From the NCBI GenBank assembly GCA_904063045.1, contig CAJFCJ010000005.1:4183689-4247688 (forward strand): a DNA stretch of 64,000 bases, read 5' to 3'. The DNA comes from Dimorphilus gyrociliatus (taxonomy: Eukaryota > Animalia > Annelida). Below, one piece after another: positions 38,501-51,912 of this stretch. Every line of letters begins with the position of its first letter. Position 1 is the first letter of the stretch. The notes under the pieces were generated by a model, which saw only the letters and a program-made list of their open reading frames with translations, searched no databases and was not told where the DNA came from. The position numbers and the translations under genes were made by a program.

Positions 38501-41500
38501 TTGAGCCTGAAGCTTTCTTTTATTTCTTCTTTTGCTCTTTTTGTTTAGAAAAGAAATAAAAAGTTTTACGTTTACCCGATTTGTACTACTTAAAAGTAGA
38601 TTTTTACTCAATATCGCTGGGGCGAGAAAGCTTGTTTAGAAAAGGCGTCTCTTTTGCTACCTGAAGAAAGAGACGGTTTATATGTTCTGATAACTATTAT
38701 GTAGAATTAGAAAATTTCGGAATGCTAGTAGAATGACTGTGATGTAAAGGTTTTTTCACTTTCCAAGGCCGTTTTTTGTGCTACGACTTTGAAGTCGTTT
38801 GTAGATTTCCAATTCATTTTAAGCACTTATACAATGGGTACACTAACGCTTAGAAAGACAAAATTCATTGCCTGTAAGCGACGGTTCTACAAAGGTACTT
38901 GTTTCTGAAAGATTAGAAGAAAATTCCTTCGATAGACCATTTGCCATCAGGGACTCATCTCAAATATATCTATTGGTAATTTTCTTCTAAAAGGTTAAGC
39001 TAAAAAAAAGGTACAGCTTGGACATCGGGCAATAACTTTTCTTTTTTTTTTGACGTCTCTTCGTCACTCTTGTGCTATTTTTAAATGGCACGAATGTGTC
39101 AATATAGTAGCTTTTCATACTAGAAGCTTCACAGAGAGAGAGAGAGAGAGAGAGATACTCAAAGATGGACAGATTAATAGAAAGGTTAGCTAAAATACAG
39201 ACAACCTTACAGAATGACAGATAAACATTGAAGAGAATAGTTAATTGGATAAAGAAATAAATAGATTGATAGGCAAACAAACAATATGAACAAAGGAGAG
39301 GGAAAGGAAGATAATAAAGAAAAGAATTAAATAAAGAAATAAGTCATTTTTTAATAAAGCAAAAATGTGTAGTATAATACTGTACATATCATGATATATC
39401 GTGAATACAATATATATAAAAACTCTATACTTTGTGTACAAATAATTTCTGCTAATCTTCATTTTACACTACTCATATTTATTAAAAGTATAATCAGTAT
39501 TTCTTCATTTCTTCACTCTTTCACTTAATCATTTCATAAAATTAAACTATCTTTTTCATTCATTTCCTTGCCTCTCTATTGCTATCTCCCGTTCTACTAT
39601 TATATTTATGCATTTCTCTCCTTGTCCTTAACCCTCTTATTTCTTTCTCCTCCCTCTCCTTCACTCTTGCCGATAACTCCAATTGTACAAATGAGAGAGC
39701 GTCATTTTACGCAAATGCTACCCTAATTAGCGAGGGTGGGAAAAAGGTCGCATGGCACAAGTCATAAGTGATTATATTCGCATAGAAAACTAAGTAATAG
39801 GTAGGAGAGAGGGATGGCGAGGAAGAGACACCAAGGGAGAGAGAGAGAGAGAGAGAGAGAAGATGTATGTATATATATATAAATTTATATATTCAGTATA
39901 TACAGTATATAATATGGCGTGAAGAAAACCGCGGCTGATTCGGATAAATTGCATAGTTCATCTGAGCAGACAAAAGATTCCATTTACAATCTTTTTTTTT
40001 CCAAAGCCAAAGAATGACAAGTTTTTAATTTAATTATAGAAAACTATTGAGTATTTTCTTTTATTTTTTTATTATTCCACTTACTTTTACTGAAAAAGAA
40101 AAAGAGAAAGCCATAAACAAGGAGAGAAATGGTCGGTTTGATAATTACTTTAGTGACTATATGGGTTTTCTAAATACATGTTTCCAATTATTTGGTTTGA
40201 TCCACTCCTATTGTCTCGACATGATGACAAGGAAGACCAGGAAGACCAAGAGTGAATTATTAACCTGTTTTCTATTCATATAGAATCAGTAATTATAGAC
40301 GCTACACTTTTGCGAATTTATCATTTATTCATCTACAGCTTCTCGCTTTTTCATAGATACGAAATAAGGGCGTTTGAAGACCATAAACGTTCTATTCTAA
40401 GAAATGTTTCGGTAAACTAGTAATAGTCACGCTATACTTCCAGAGCTAAAAAGAGTCTTTTCTTCCTCTAATTCCTCCCTTATAATTTTACTTTAAGCCG
40501 AATAAAAGATAGATAGAAAAAGAGATGGGGCGGGAATGAAATCTCAAGTAGTCAACTACTACGGTGGCAATTTGGTCAGGGTGATGAAGATGTCAGTGAA
40601 CGCGACGAACAAACAATCCATAAACGATAAAGACATATCAAAGAAAATTGGACAGAAACGTTACCCGCCTACGATGTAAAATGATTAACTCTTCTTCGTT
40701 CATTACAGGCTTTTTTCAACACGATTTTGTATCAATTTTGCTTAATTTAGCATGGGAGGATTATTGATGTGGAAGAACGTGATGACAATTCAGATTCGTT
40801 CACAAACTCATTTGTCTCCTCCTTTATTTTCTTTTCTTGCTTCCTTAATCCTTTCTCTATCTTTCTATCTCTCTTTTTCGCGGTCTATCTCTCTCTCACT
40901 CTCTCTCTCTCTCACGCGCGCGTACACTTATTCACTTACTTATTTACTTACTCAATCGCTAGCTTGCTCACTTATATGTTTTCATATCACCTTCTAGTTT
41001 GGTTAGTCTACTCAAGGGAAAGAGTTTAGAAGTTTGTCACCAACCTTTGATTGAACCGAGAAAAATTCGTTGAATGATTAAAGTTTATATGAAATATAGC
41101 AATCCTATAAATAAAATCCCGATATTAATTTATCGTATGCGAATAATCATAAATTCATTGTAATCGATTAGACGACAAAAAAAAACGTCTACAAAAAACG
41201 GTATACAGTAATTAATAATTAAGTTATACGATATTTAATACATATTAAATTGAAAATGTATATAAATATGATTTGTTTGAACAGATGTAACATTTTCATA
41301 CATAGTTTGTTTGTTTGCTTACTTGTTTACAATATAAATATAGTTATTGTAGTATAACAACCTTTTTCTTTAAATAGGTTTAAACACGGTATACTCCTCC
41401 ATTGCTGTCAAAACCGTCTTCGCTAACATCACCAGACCATTACCATCTTTATCAGTATCCTCATCTTTCTCCATTTTCTCTCCCTTCCTTCCTCCTCTTT

Positions 41501-41545
41501 ATTTTTTTACATTTTTCATTTTTTATTTGGTTTTTGGTTTGTGTC

Positions 41546-43080
41546 TTACGTTACTGTTTGCATTGTTCCTGAAGGATTATTAAAAGTGGCCGGTTTCCAG
41601 CACATGACGACTTCTTTCATAGCTTTTCGGAAATTCTCCGATAAGAGGGCGTAGAGTATGGGATTTAGTGCGGAATTCAAATAGTAAAAGATGAAGCTTA
41701 TAGGCAAAAATATAGTCGATTTGACTTCAAGATCAGGATATATGATTGTTCGAAGGATCCTGAGATGGTAAGGGAGCACGCAAAAGGCAAATGACAAAAC
41801 AACAACAACTAGAAGCCTGATTACTTTTCTTCTCGCCATCACTGCTTTGTCAGGCTTCCTATGCTTATTCACGTATTCTTCGGGCTTTTTCGCCGTTCTG
41901 TTGGGCGAAGGTTGAAACGCCTTTAATTCAATCATTAGAGTTTCGTCTGCCGAATCGTCTGTATGTTCCGGATGCTGAGACGGAAGAACAGAACTATCAC
42001 CTTTCTTCGGTTTCTTTTTCCAAAGTTTCCGCCAGAACCTTTTCGATTGGCTATGTCTAGAATAGTTTAGAGAGACGGCATTGTTTCTACTAGTCCGCCA
42101 CAAGACTAGAGAAATGTGACAGTAGGCGAACGACATAAGTAAAAGCGGTATAAGGTAATAGAGTGAAAAGTTAATAATGGAGATAGTTTTATGGTATTTC
42201 TCCATATAGCAGAATTGGCTATCGCCAACGCTTATAAAACTAAAAAAGAATAGGGTTGGACAGGAGGCACAGGCCGATATAATCCATACAATTATAATAA
42301 CAACTCGTAATAGGGGTAACGTCATAATCTGAAAATAAAAGAAATCTTAATGTACACTTAACTATACCGTTAAGTAGGTAGTTTTCTTTCCAACCTGTTT
42401 ACTCTTCATCGGATATATAATAGCGAAATATCTTTCGGCAGATATAACAGTTAGAATAGTAACGGAAGCCGTATAAGACATTTGTTGAATAAAATGGTTT
42501 AATTTACACCAAACCTGTTTTTAGTATAAACAAATAATATATTCCACTTTTTCTCTATAAGCTAATCTACTTTATAGAGGAATAAATGAACAAGAGTAGG
42601 CCTACCTCTCCCAAATACCATCCCATGTACAGAATGTGAAGAAGATTGGGAATAATGCAGAAAATCGACACGCAGAAGTCAGCGACAGCTAAATTAGCCA
42701 GAAAGAAATTGGTGATGGTGCGCATTTTCTTCCATCTCAATACGACGAACAACACTAAGAGGTTTCCTGTTTAGTAGATTTATTCAAAAAGAATATATTT
42801 ATACAAAGTATACTATTTACAGTATATTTATTAAGTGTATAAAACGATTTAGATGGAATGAAATTTCTAAACGCTACTTCAGCAATCAACCTTTCTATTT
42901 AAATATAAATTAGTTTTTATATATTGTTCACAATTCTCTCTTCTTTCCTTTTTCTTCATTCTTTTACGTTTTTATTATAACTGTTCGTTATTTTTAGTAT
43001 ACTGTAATATGCGCATTTATAATATAAATATTACATTATGCTCTTTCTCTTTTTCTTTCTCTCCTTTCATTTTCTTCATT

Positions 43081-43126
<46 letters not shown>

Positions 43127-44470
43127 ATAGCTAAGTAAGTGTGTGCGTGTATATACTGTACATGGATATAGAATTTCTATATTTCTTATTTATCCTTTAT
43201 TCAGTCTATATTAGTATATAACCTCTTCAAATCAACCAATCATACATCAGTCCCTCTTCTTCTCTTTCCTCCCTTTTCCATATCCCCTTAAATGCACATT
43301 GTTACTCTCATTCTTCCATCCTAACAATAGTTAATTAACTTGGAACAAAAGATTTATCCAACTTTTAGCCGTAGTATTTAAACGTTTTGTAAATTAATAA
43401 TCGAAATTGGCTATATGCTCGTTTATCGTTCGTGACGTGATCAAGGCGTAATGGCGTATAAATATTGAAAGTCTTCTGGACCGGAGAATGATAATTGTTG
43501 ACGTTACTCTACGAGTTTCATCACTGCATCCTACTAATTGTATCATTGTCTCTTACTTGGAAAAATATCCATAAATCCCGCCGGTGGGAATTGAGACGAA
43601 ATGCTATCTATTGCCTGATTCTAAGTAAAAACCACACCCTAAGCCATAGCCGGAAAAATATGGTGATTCCATTAAATCTTAAATAGAACGAGTAGTATAT
43701 ACTCGTGATATGAATTCGGTTTAAAAGGAGCGGAGAGGTGGGTGGTTAGATAGAAAGAGGTAAATATGGGAGGAGGAAGAGGAAGGGAGGGAAAGAGAGG
43801 GATGTAATAAAATACCGACTAAAGTATCTTTCTTTCAGCTTTAACAAATAAATAATTATAACCCTGCTTCTCTTCCACCTTCTAGTTACTATAAACAATA
43901 TATGTTATATATACAGTTTATTACACGCTATATATAAATATATATATACGGTATATACTATATATATGCAGCTATTCAGCCATCTATCTCTCCACGATGC
44001 AGTAAAAATATAATTAACGAATGGTCTTGGGTGGTGTTCATCTTTTAACTTTTTTTTATCAGAGGACAAGCTTTCTTCTCTTCTCATCTCCTCTAACGTA
44101 TAATGAATTTAAAGAAACGGAAAATCCGAGATTAAATAGACAAAGAATATATTAAAACAGTAAAAGGTTTCTAACTCTTTTTTGAAGTCTAAACACATTT
44201 CGCTTTTAATTGGGATTCACTGAATATATTTTTAAACTACTTAAGAATGAAAAGGAAAAAGAGAAGGAGAGAGAGAGAGAGAGATAAAGAAAAGGGAAGA
44301 GAGAAAGAGAGAAAAAAGGAATGATCGTCGTAGAGAAAATTTAGTAAGAACTTACCGAAAAAACAACAACAGCATACTATAGAATAGCAAAAAATAATTG
44401 TTATCTTTGTTAAATTATCACTTAGTGGATGTTCCATATCAGTATAGTTCGAAGAATTATTACTTTCCAT
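41546..44470 (-). CDS. Rhodopsin-class neuropeptide GPCR, trissin-receptor-like, 392 aa
   Basis: Exons 44470-44356, 42766-42606, 42514-42395, 42328-41546 join in frame. Motifs GNLLV, ITNFFLANLAVADFCV, SYTAS..IL.VIS.ERYFAII.P, LLMSFAY..I...LWR, ARRKVIRLL, FCVLPYH, Y.NS.LNP.LYALLSENFRKAMKE resemble the recalled arthropod trissin receptor. Confidence 0.85.
43085..43123. repeat. (TC)n microsatellite in GPCR intron 1
   Basis: Perfect dinucleotide run. Confidence 0.95.
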
Positions 44471-46009
44471 GCTTGACTATCAGCCTTGTCGACGGCTTAG
44501 ACGTCTCTACGATTATCAAAGCACTTTCAATAATTCTCTCACTAGGTGGCAGCTAAAAAGCCGTCACATTCTACCTAATAAGTTTATTTAACTGGTTCGT
44601 GTTAAGTCATGAAGCTAAGAGTATTTTGAAACCATAAAATCAAATAAAGATACACCTTCTGGTAATTATATATGACGTGCTGCTGATCAATCAGATTAGA
44701 CTTTCTACACTATGGTAGAACAGCCAATGAACCATTATTCTACTTTCTTTTCTTCTCTTTTCGTCTCTCTCAAATGTCATCTAAGGGAACTGGAAGGAAA
44801 ACTCTACGCATCTCTATTCGTTTCACTTTGATAAAATGAAATATATAAACGTATGGGCGTCTCTAAAAAAAAAAGATAGATGGATAATTAAAAGACGCTA
44901 GAAGATAAGAAGCGATAAGAGAGTTTATCATAAAGAAAAAAGAAATCACGACCAAGTTTAAAAATTAAGAAAGAATACGTTATAATAGTATTTCAGTTTA
45001 TTACGGAGAGAGAGAAAGAGAGAGACAGACAGAATCATTAAATATCCTTTCCCTTTTCAAGAACAATTGTTCAATCAATAATCTTAGTTGAACATTATTA
45101 TTATTTTAAGTTTACAATTCATTTTATTAATTTATTCAAAATTCTATTACTTTGAATTGTCAATTATTCAAGTTGATATTTCTTGATCTTTCTCTTCTCC
45201 TCCCTCTGGCTTTTACATGAATAAATATATATTTATATACAGTATATTGTTAATATGATTATATTTATGTTTTTATAGAGATTTGCACTCAAACACAATC
45301 ATCTCATTATTCATTGCATGTACTTCTTTTAGTTTATTAAATTGCTTCTGTGAATGTGATTCGTCTCGTTAGTAAATATGTCCTTCCACCCACTCGCTTA
45401 ATCGTTCACGAAAGAAACGTGGGTCGAAATTAAGTTTCTCTCTTTGGGACACTTATCATAAATGTGTATTTCTCTCTGTTCTGCTCCTCCCCATCTGCTT
45501 ACCTATCTGCCTATGTATCTATCCTTCTAAAACACTGTCTATATGATGACAGATTAATAGAAGAACTAATGTATATTTTTGTCTGTTGAAGAAAGCGAAC
45601 ATTGTTTCTTTTATTGACTGCTTTACTCCTAATAAATTCCTTTAAAAGTTGTATCTATTTTTTCACGTCTCTTCTCTATCTTTCTATAATTTAAACTGTG
45701 GAGAATATAAAAAGGCAATGAATACTGTCTTGGAGAATAAGGAAAGACTGTGAGAGGACGGGATAAAAGAAGCTTCTATTTAAAAGAGATCAAGGTTAAT
45801 TAGTCTTTATTCTAAGCTATATTCACTAAGTATCTATGGAACCGAATAAATCTGGAAAGGAAAAATGGGTTATTATTGATAAAGAGAAAAAAGGTGAGGG
45901 AAGAGAGCCCTATTGGTTGTCTATTTATGGCCCACAATGACCGACAGGGAGGTTATTGGGAGACCTTTTAGCATTCCAATAAAAGAAGGTAAGAAAAAAC
46001 GATTTATAA

Positions 46010-46041
<32 letters not shown>

Positions 46042-46732
46042 TTCTTTTAATATAGACTGCAATACAAGAGTTTAGTACAAGAGGTTGTGTCATCAGTCGA
46101 GAGACGAGAATTAGTCAATTAGACAAGTCTGTCTATACTTAGATATATGTATATATTTATAACAATATAGTAATACTGTATATAAGATTTTACGATAAAT
46201 AAATCAAGTGTAAAGAACAACAATGTCTAATGAAACTATACGAAGCGAAATCATCAACAGTTATTGTTTCAACCGGAAATATGTACAGCTAAATGCTACG
46301 GCAAGTCTCCTAGGTAATTTATTTTTTTATCGCCCAATTACTTTAAATTGACATTGAAAGGTCAAAAAACTATATTTACAAACAATAATGAAATGTCTCT
46401 TTAACATATACAGTATATATAAATTTATACTGTATATAGATAGAGTTAACAAGTACGGAGTTTGTCACCTTATTAACATTATTACCATTATCTCTCTTTG
46501 ACTGAGACGAAAATTCTTAAAAAAAATCCCCAAATGAAAAGATTACGATCAAGTGGAATTGACATTTCTTGCGTGCATAAGTGAAAAGACTTAACTACGG
46601 TTACTTTTAATAAAAAAGGGTATCTTTTCTCTTAGTGTTCTCTGGAATGGTCTGAATAGGATATTTTTAGTCATTTTCTCTGTTTTTCTATAATATTTTA
46701 TATTAATAAACGATAGCACCAACCAAACATCG

Positions 46733-48236
46733 TCAGTCTCTAATTAGGAAACATTTATCGAGTTCGTTATCTTTTACTTCTAATACAAATTCCTTTGTCT
46801 TTGTCAAATATCCATTATAAAAATCTAATGCAGACATTCTCTTGTGAAGAGTTATTTTATTGAAATAGATGAAAGAATCGGAGCATTTTATCGCCAAGCT
46901 ATTCTTCTCTTTAGAGTAAAATACTCTACCATTCTTTATTTGATTAAATGAATCTTGGTTACTTTCACTTCCTAATACGTTTAAACGATTCGATAATTTT
47001 CCTTCCGATTTGAACAGGGACGGTATCCGATAATCTGGTTTATGCATCTCGTGAAGACGAACCCGATTACCTTTGAAACTACTCCTTAATTCCATCTAGA
47101 AGAAGAGTATAAAGATTAATGGTGACTGACAGGTAGAGTTGATTTTACTAAGAAATTCACCTACCGAATAACCTAAAGCCTTATACTGTTTATAAATATT
47201 TTCGGCCAAATGATTCCAATTAATATAAGAGTGTAGCGTCTTAAATTTGAAGGCTTTAAAGCAATAAAAGTTACTTTTCATTAAAAATTGACATCTGAAA
47301 TTGCTTATATACCGTAATAGTCCGAAGAGATTTCCGTCGCCTGATTTTCAGCTGTGCTTTTCTTGTATTCCTTTAAAACTTCCAATAGCTAGGTTGTTGT
47401 ATTTTGTTTGTTTGTTTATTTATTTATTTATGTAAAAATAATAATTAACAAACCATTTTGGAACCATTCTTCGCTAGTAGTTTCATTAGATCCAATGTAA
47501 ATGCATTCTCGTCCACCTGAAATTTCTTTTGGCTTAGGATTGGTCCGGTATCAACTCCGTTGGATGGTGGAAGAAGTTGAATGATTGTAACACCAGTTAT
47601 TCTATCGCCTCTTAGTATTGTATGGGGTATGGGTGCTGGACCCCTTAGGTTGGGAAGTAGACTAGGATGGATATTGATTATTCCCCTGTTTTTCGTTTAA
47701 TGGAATTTTATTATAGGCAGCCTCTAATTATGAATGGAGGAGGACGAAAAACAACAAATATAAAACAAGAAATACTGCCTTGGGAGAGTTGTAAGTACTT
47801 TCTTAGGTATCATATGCCCAAAAGAGGCTAGTACACCTAGGTCGAACTTCTCCAAAACCTCATTTGAGACGGGCCATACGTGATATTTTATGTTTTCCCT
47901 TTCCGCGTAACTCTTTACTTCACAAGTCTATTTGACGTATTTATTTGTATATACAATATATATTCTATATAATAATACACCTACTCTTTGGGACGGTATA
48001 ACTACTTCTAAACGTTCTACTATTCTCCTTCCATTTATATTCTTGTCCATATTATTTTTTAAAGCTTTCACATGCTCCAATGAAAAGGAATCCGTGCCGA
48101 AGAATAATAATTTCCACTGGGGCGATTGCTTATCTTTACAAATCTTTAAGCTAGTTAATCGTCTTTTACACCAATTTCTACCTACCCAGCGTGTAGGGTG
48201 ATTATTTAGAATATTAAATACAGTCATTATAATCAA
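46733..48236 (-). CDS. MTFMT: Mitochondrial methionyl-tRNA formyltransferase
   Basis: Basic N-terminal presequence; WKLLFFGTD, FDLGVLASFGHMIP, GIINIHPSLLPNLRGPAPIPHTILRGDRITGVTI, DTGPIL, YAFK...SYINW, SALDFYNGYL. Several short introns; start could be ATG 48236 or 48227. Confidence 0.9.
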
Positions 48237-48883
48237 ATCTCTTTAATATTTTTTAGAATATTCTTAGTCCCTTTTATTTGTATTTTTAGTTGAATCAACG
48301 TTTTCTATTCCCTACTTTTATTAATATTTTAACTTTTAAGCGTGTACCGCTTCGACCTTGACCTTCAAGTAAAAAAAATCAGTATATCTAATATATAAGC
48401 TAAAAGTATTATTCTTTGTATTCTAAGCTCATGTGTTTTTGTACCAAAAAAGAAAATTTTTTATAAACGCCATCTGCAGGCAAGCAGTTAAATCATCATA
48501 GTTGTTATAACGAATAAATTAATAGTTTTCAATTTCGAGAAAGAGAGAGAGAGAGAGAGAGAGACAGGAAGAGAATGAGACGGAGAAAGAGAGATAGATA
48601 TAGACATTGAAAAAAAAACAATAAATAAATAAAAAGTCACAAAAACATAAAAGATAATAAAATTTTTTAATAAATATAATATTATATAATCTCTATGTCT
48701 TCATTTCGAGACAGAGAGATATAGATAGATAATTTCTTTATGTTTGCTTTGTCCTCTCATAAAAAAGAAATAGTAATAAAAAATCTATTAAATGTACAAA
48801 GGTATTAAAATCCCCCTTTTTTTTTTTCTCATTTTTTAGAATCTGTAAATGCTTCAAAAAAACAAACAAACAAACAAGGATAT

Positions 48884-48886
<3 letters not shown>

Positions 48887-48941
<55 letters not shown>

Positions 48942-48960
48942 CATACAGTATATATACACA
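48887..48960. repeat. (TA)n microsatellite
   Basis: Direct inspection; lies in the KANK 3' region. Confidence 0.95.
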
Positions 48961-49008
48961 AAAGACGCTTTATGCCGTTACTGTTGTTCTTATTTGTTTC
49001 ATTATTGC

Positions 49009-49430
49009 TTAACGTCTTAAAAAGGTTTTTGTTTGCCGAGGATGTAAGCCGCCGCTTATATTATGTACTTGGCGAGAAGTCTTCTTTGCAGATATAAATG
49101 GACTTCTTATATGTGTTGTTGTTGTTGTAATTGTATCAGTCAAAGGTACGTTGTCAACGCTTCTGGCCGAATTTTTCGAAAGATTTGAGGTATTCGGTGC
49201 CAAAAAGGAACTAACTAGGCTGGAACTTCTCGAAATTTTCTTTCCGCTTCCGCTTAACTGTTGAAGAATTTAATTTTAAAAGATAAATATAAATATATAT
49301 ATAAATAGATATAAGGTTTTTAATAATTCCAAGCAAATAATTGAATAAGGGATTGCACTATGAATGACAACAACAAAAACTGGGTAAAGTAAGTAAATGA
49401 GTAAGTGGAGTGGTGATTGAATAAGAGAGG

Positions 49431-49472
<42 letters not shown>

Positions 49473-51633
49473 ACACTATGAATAGTTCAACTAAATTATC
49501 AACTCCAAAAAAGAGAATAAAAGAAAACTCTGTTGAATTGTCGTGTTATGCAACATACTGTTAATACGGAAACGCTTTTATACAAATATTATAAAAGCGT
49601 TTCTTTTCCATGCAAAAACAGGTATTAAAAACATTTCGTTTTTTACCTACATCAAGTGTACATATTTTGTTTGTATTTTTTAAACGACGCCTAATCTTCC
49701 GCTTGTTTCTGATAAGTCACATGACTCGACTTATTAATAATATAGAAATAATTTAAAATAGTTTGCTTTCAACCATTTCTTTTATATAAATGATTGATTT
49801 ATGAAATGGCCTACCTGAGAAGATAGTGGCTTTGACTGCATATGAGCGTAGAGTAGTACGCCGACATCCTTATGATCGGCTTCCATTGCTATGGATAGGG
49901 CTGACGATCCGTCGTTATCGGTTGCTAGTATATCGCAATTTCGTTGATTCAAAAGTAATTTCACGATATCTATATAACCGTGCTCGCTTGCGCACATTAA
50001 AGCGGTAGAACCGTCATCGTCTTGTTCGTTTATATTAGCACCGGCGTCTAATAATAATTTTACTGTATCTATTCTATCGTGAGAGACAGCTAGCATCAAG
50101 GCTGTTTGACCAGCTTGAGTTGACTTTGCATTGACATCACCCACTTCCATTAATTTACTGACAACATCTTTATGTTTGGGAGTTTGTAGCTGAGCTAAAG
50201 CGGCCAACATAAGTGGCGTATAACCGGCTCTATTCGGTTTATCAACGTCGCAGAGATCCGTGTCCAAGAGTAGGCTTACGATATCGACATTTCCGTGAGA
50301 TATTGAATAGTGGAGAGCTGTATTGCCGTTATCGTCCGTTAGATTGACAACGATCTTTAAAAGGTCTTTTGATATTTCAGCAACAGAATTTAATAAATCC
50401 TCTACTTGAGTCACTTCCGAAGTTTTATGCGAAGAGATACTAAACCATTCTTTTTGCAATTTCGAAGTTGCTTCGCTCTTATCTTTTGTAGTAACCTCCG
50501 TAGGATCGGCTAACCAAATTGAGTAGGTATCGCAGGCGTCTTTAGCCGCTTTAGATAATTCGTAGACGTCCCTAAAATTTTGATCAGTTATATGTGCCGA
50601 AGAGTCTTCGTCCGTTATATCAGTTGTATCAATTTTTCTAACGTATTCAACCTTTCCCATACGGCCGTCGTACGAAGCTTCGTCGTAACTGGTGGAAGTT
50701 TGACTGGCATAGGAAGAATCTGAATCGGAGAAATGATCCTGGTTGTCATCCTTTGACGAGCAATTCTTATCCTCTTGTTCAATCAATCTATAGAAGAAAA
50801 AGAGATAAATAAATAAAGGAAAGTAAGACTAATTTGCTAAATAAAAGGTAAATATACAGTGTTATAAATAGAACTAAGCTACACATAAAATCTAGTCGTC
50901 CTATAATAATAATAATAACAATAATAGTAAAAAAACAAACAAGAGGATATTTATAGTAAATAATATAAAAAGAGAGAGAGAGAGAGAGAGAAGAATGATT
51001 CAATTCTTCTATCTTCTTTTTTAATACAATAAAAAGATAGAAAAAAAAACGTTCAAAACGCATCAAAATAGATAATCTTATTATTAATTAAATGCAACGA
51101 CAAAAGGATAAATGATGATCATTTTTCTCCTCTTTGTTTCCGTTCCTCGTTTTCTGCTCTTCATTTAATTATTAGTAGTGTAATTAATTTTTAATTCTAG
51201 ATGTTAAATATCAAAAATCAATAGATCAAAAATCAAGCGGGGTTATCGTCTAATTATACTTTTGTAGGAAATAAGTACAAATATATTATATACAGTGATA
51301 GGTGAACAAGAGGAAAGAGAGAGAGAGATTTTAATTACATTTATTATTATTACTACTATGGATTATTTTGTAACAAAAATACAAGAGGGAAATGGTAGAT
51401 TTTGTAAAGTTTATGTTAAAAAAACGAAGGTGGGTGGGAGCGGTGTGTGGGAGAGAGAGAGAGAGAGAGCCGGGGTAGAGGTGTGGAAAAGGGAGGATTG
51501 GTCTGTTAACAAGATATTAAATCTTTACCGATTGGATTTAAACATGTTTTTGTTTTGTTTTCCTTCAGGGTTGGAGGGTTAAAAAAATCATTAATAACAA
51601 AATCAAAATATGTTAAAAGTTAATCTATATGCA

Positions 51634-51664
<31 letters not shown>

Positions 51665-51874
51665 GTATATACAGTATATATATATATATATATACATATA
51701 TTAGTAAAAAAAAGGGATCAAATATAATTAATATTATTATAATAATCAACTAAAAAATCATCTACTAAAAGCACATACAAAAAACTACTAAGCGATTGAA
51801 TATTACTTTCCAGACACCGCTTCTTATTATAATGCTACTCTTGCAATAAGTTTTAAAATATATATATATATATA

Positions 51875-51912
<38 letters not shown>

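Noticed and set aside
39579-39767. ORF with a signal-peptide-like hydrophobic start
   Set aside because: Hydrophobicity comes from CT-rich low complexity; no ATG start, dibasic sites or further exons.
41370-41480. Open acidic frame downstream of the GPCR stop as an alternative C-terminal exon
   Set aside because: Preceded by a purine-rich tract rather than a polypyrimidine acceptor.
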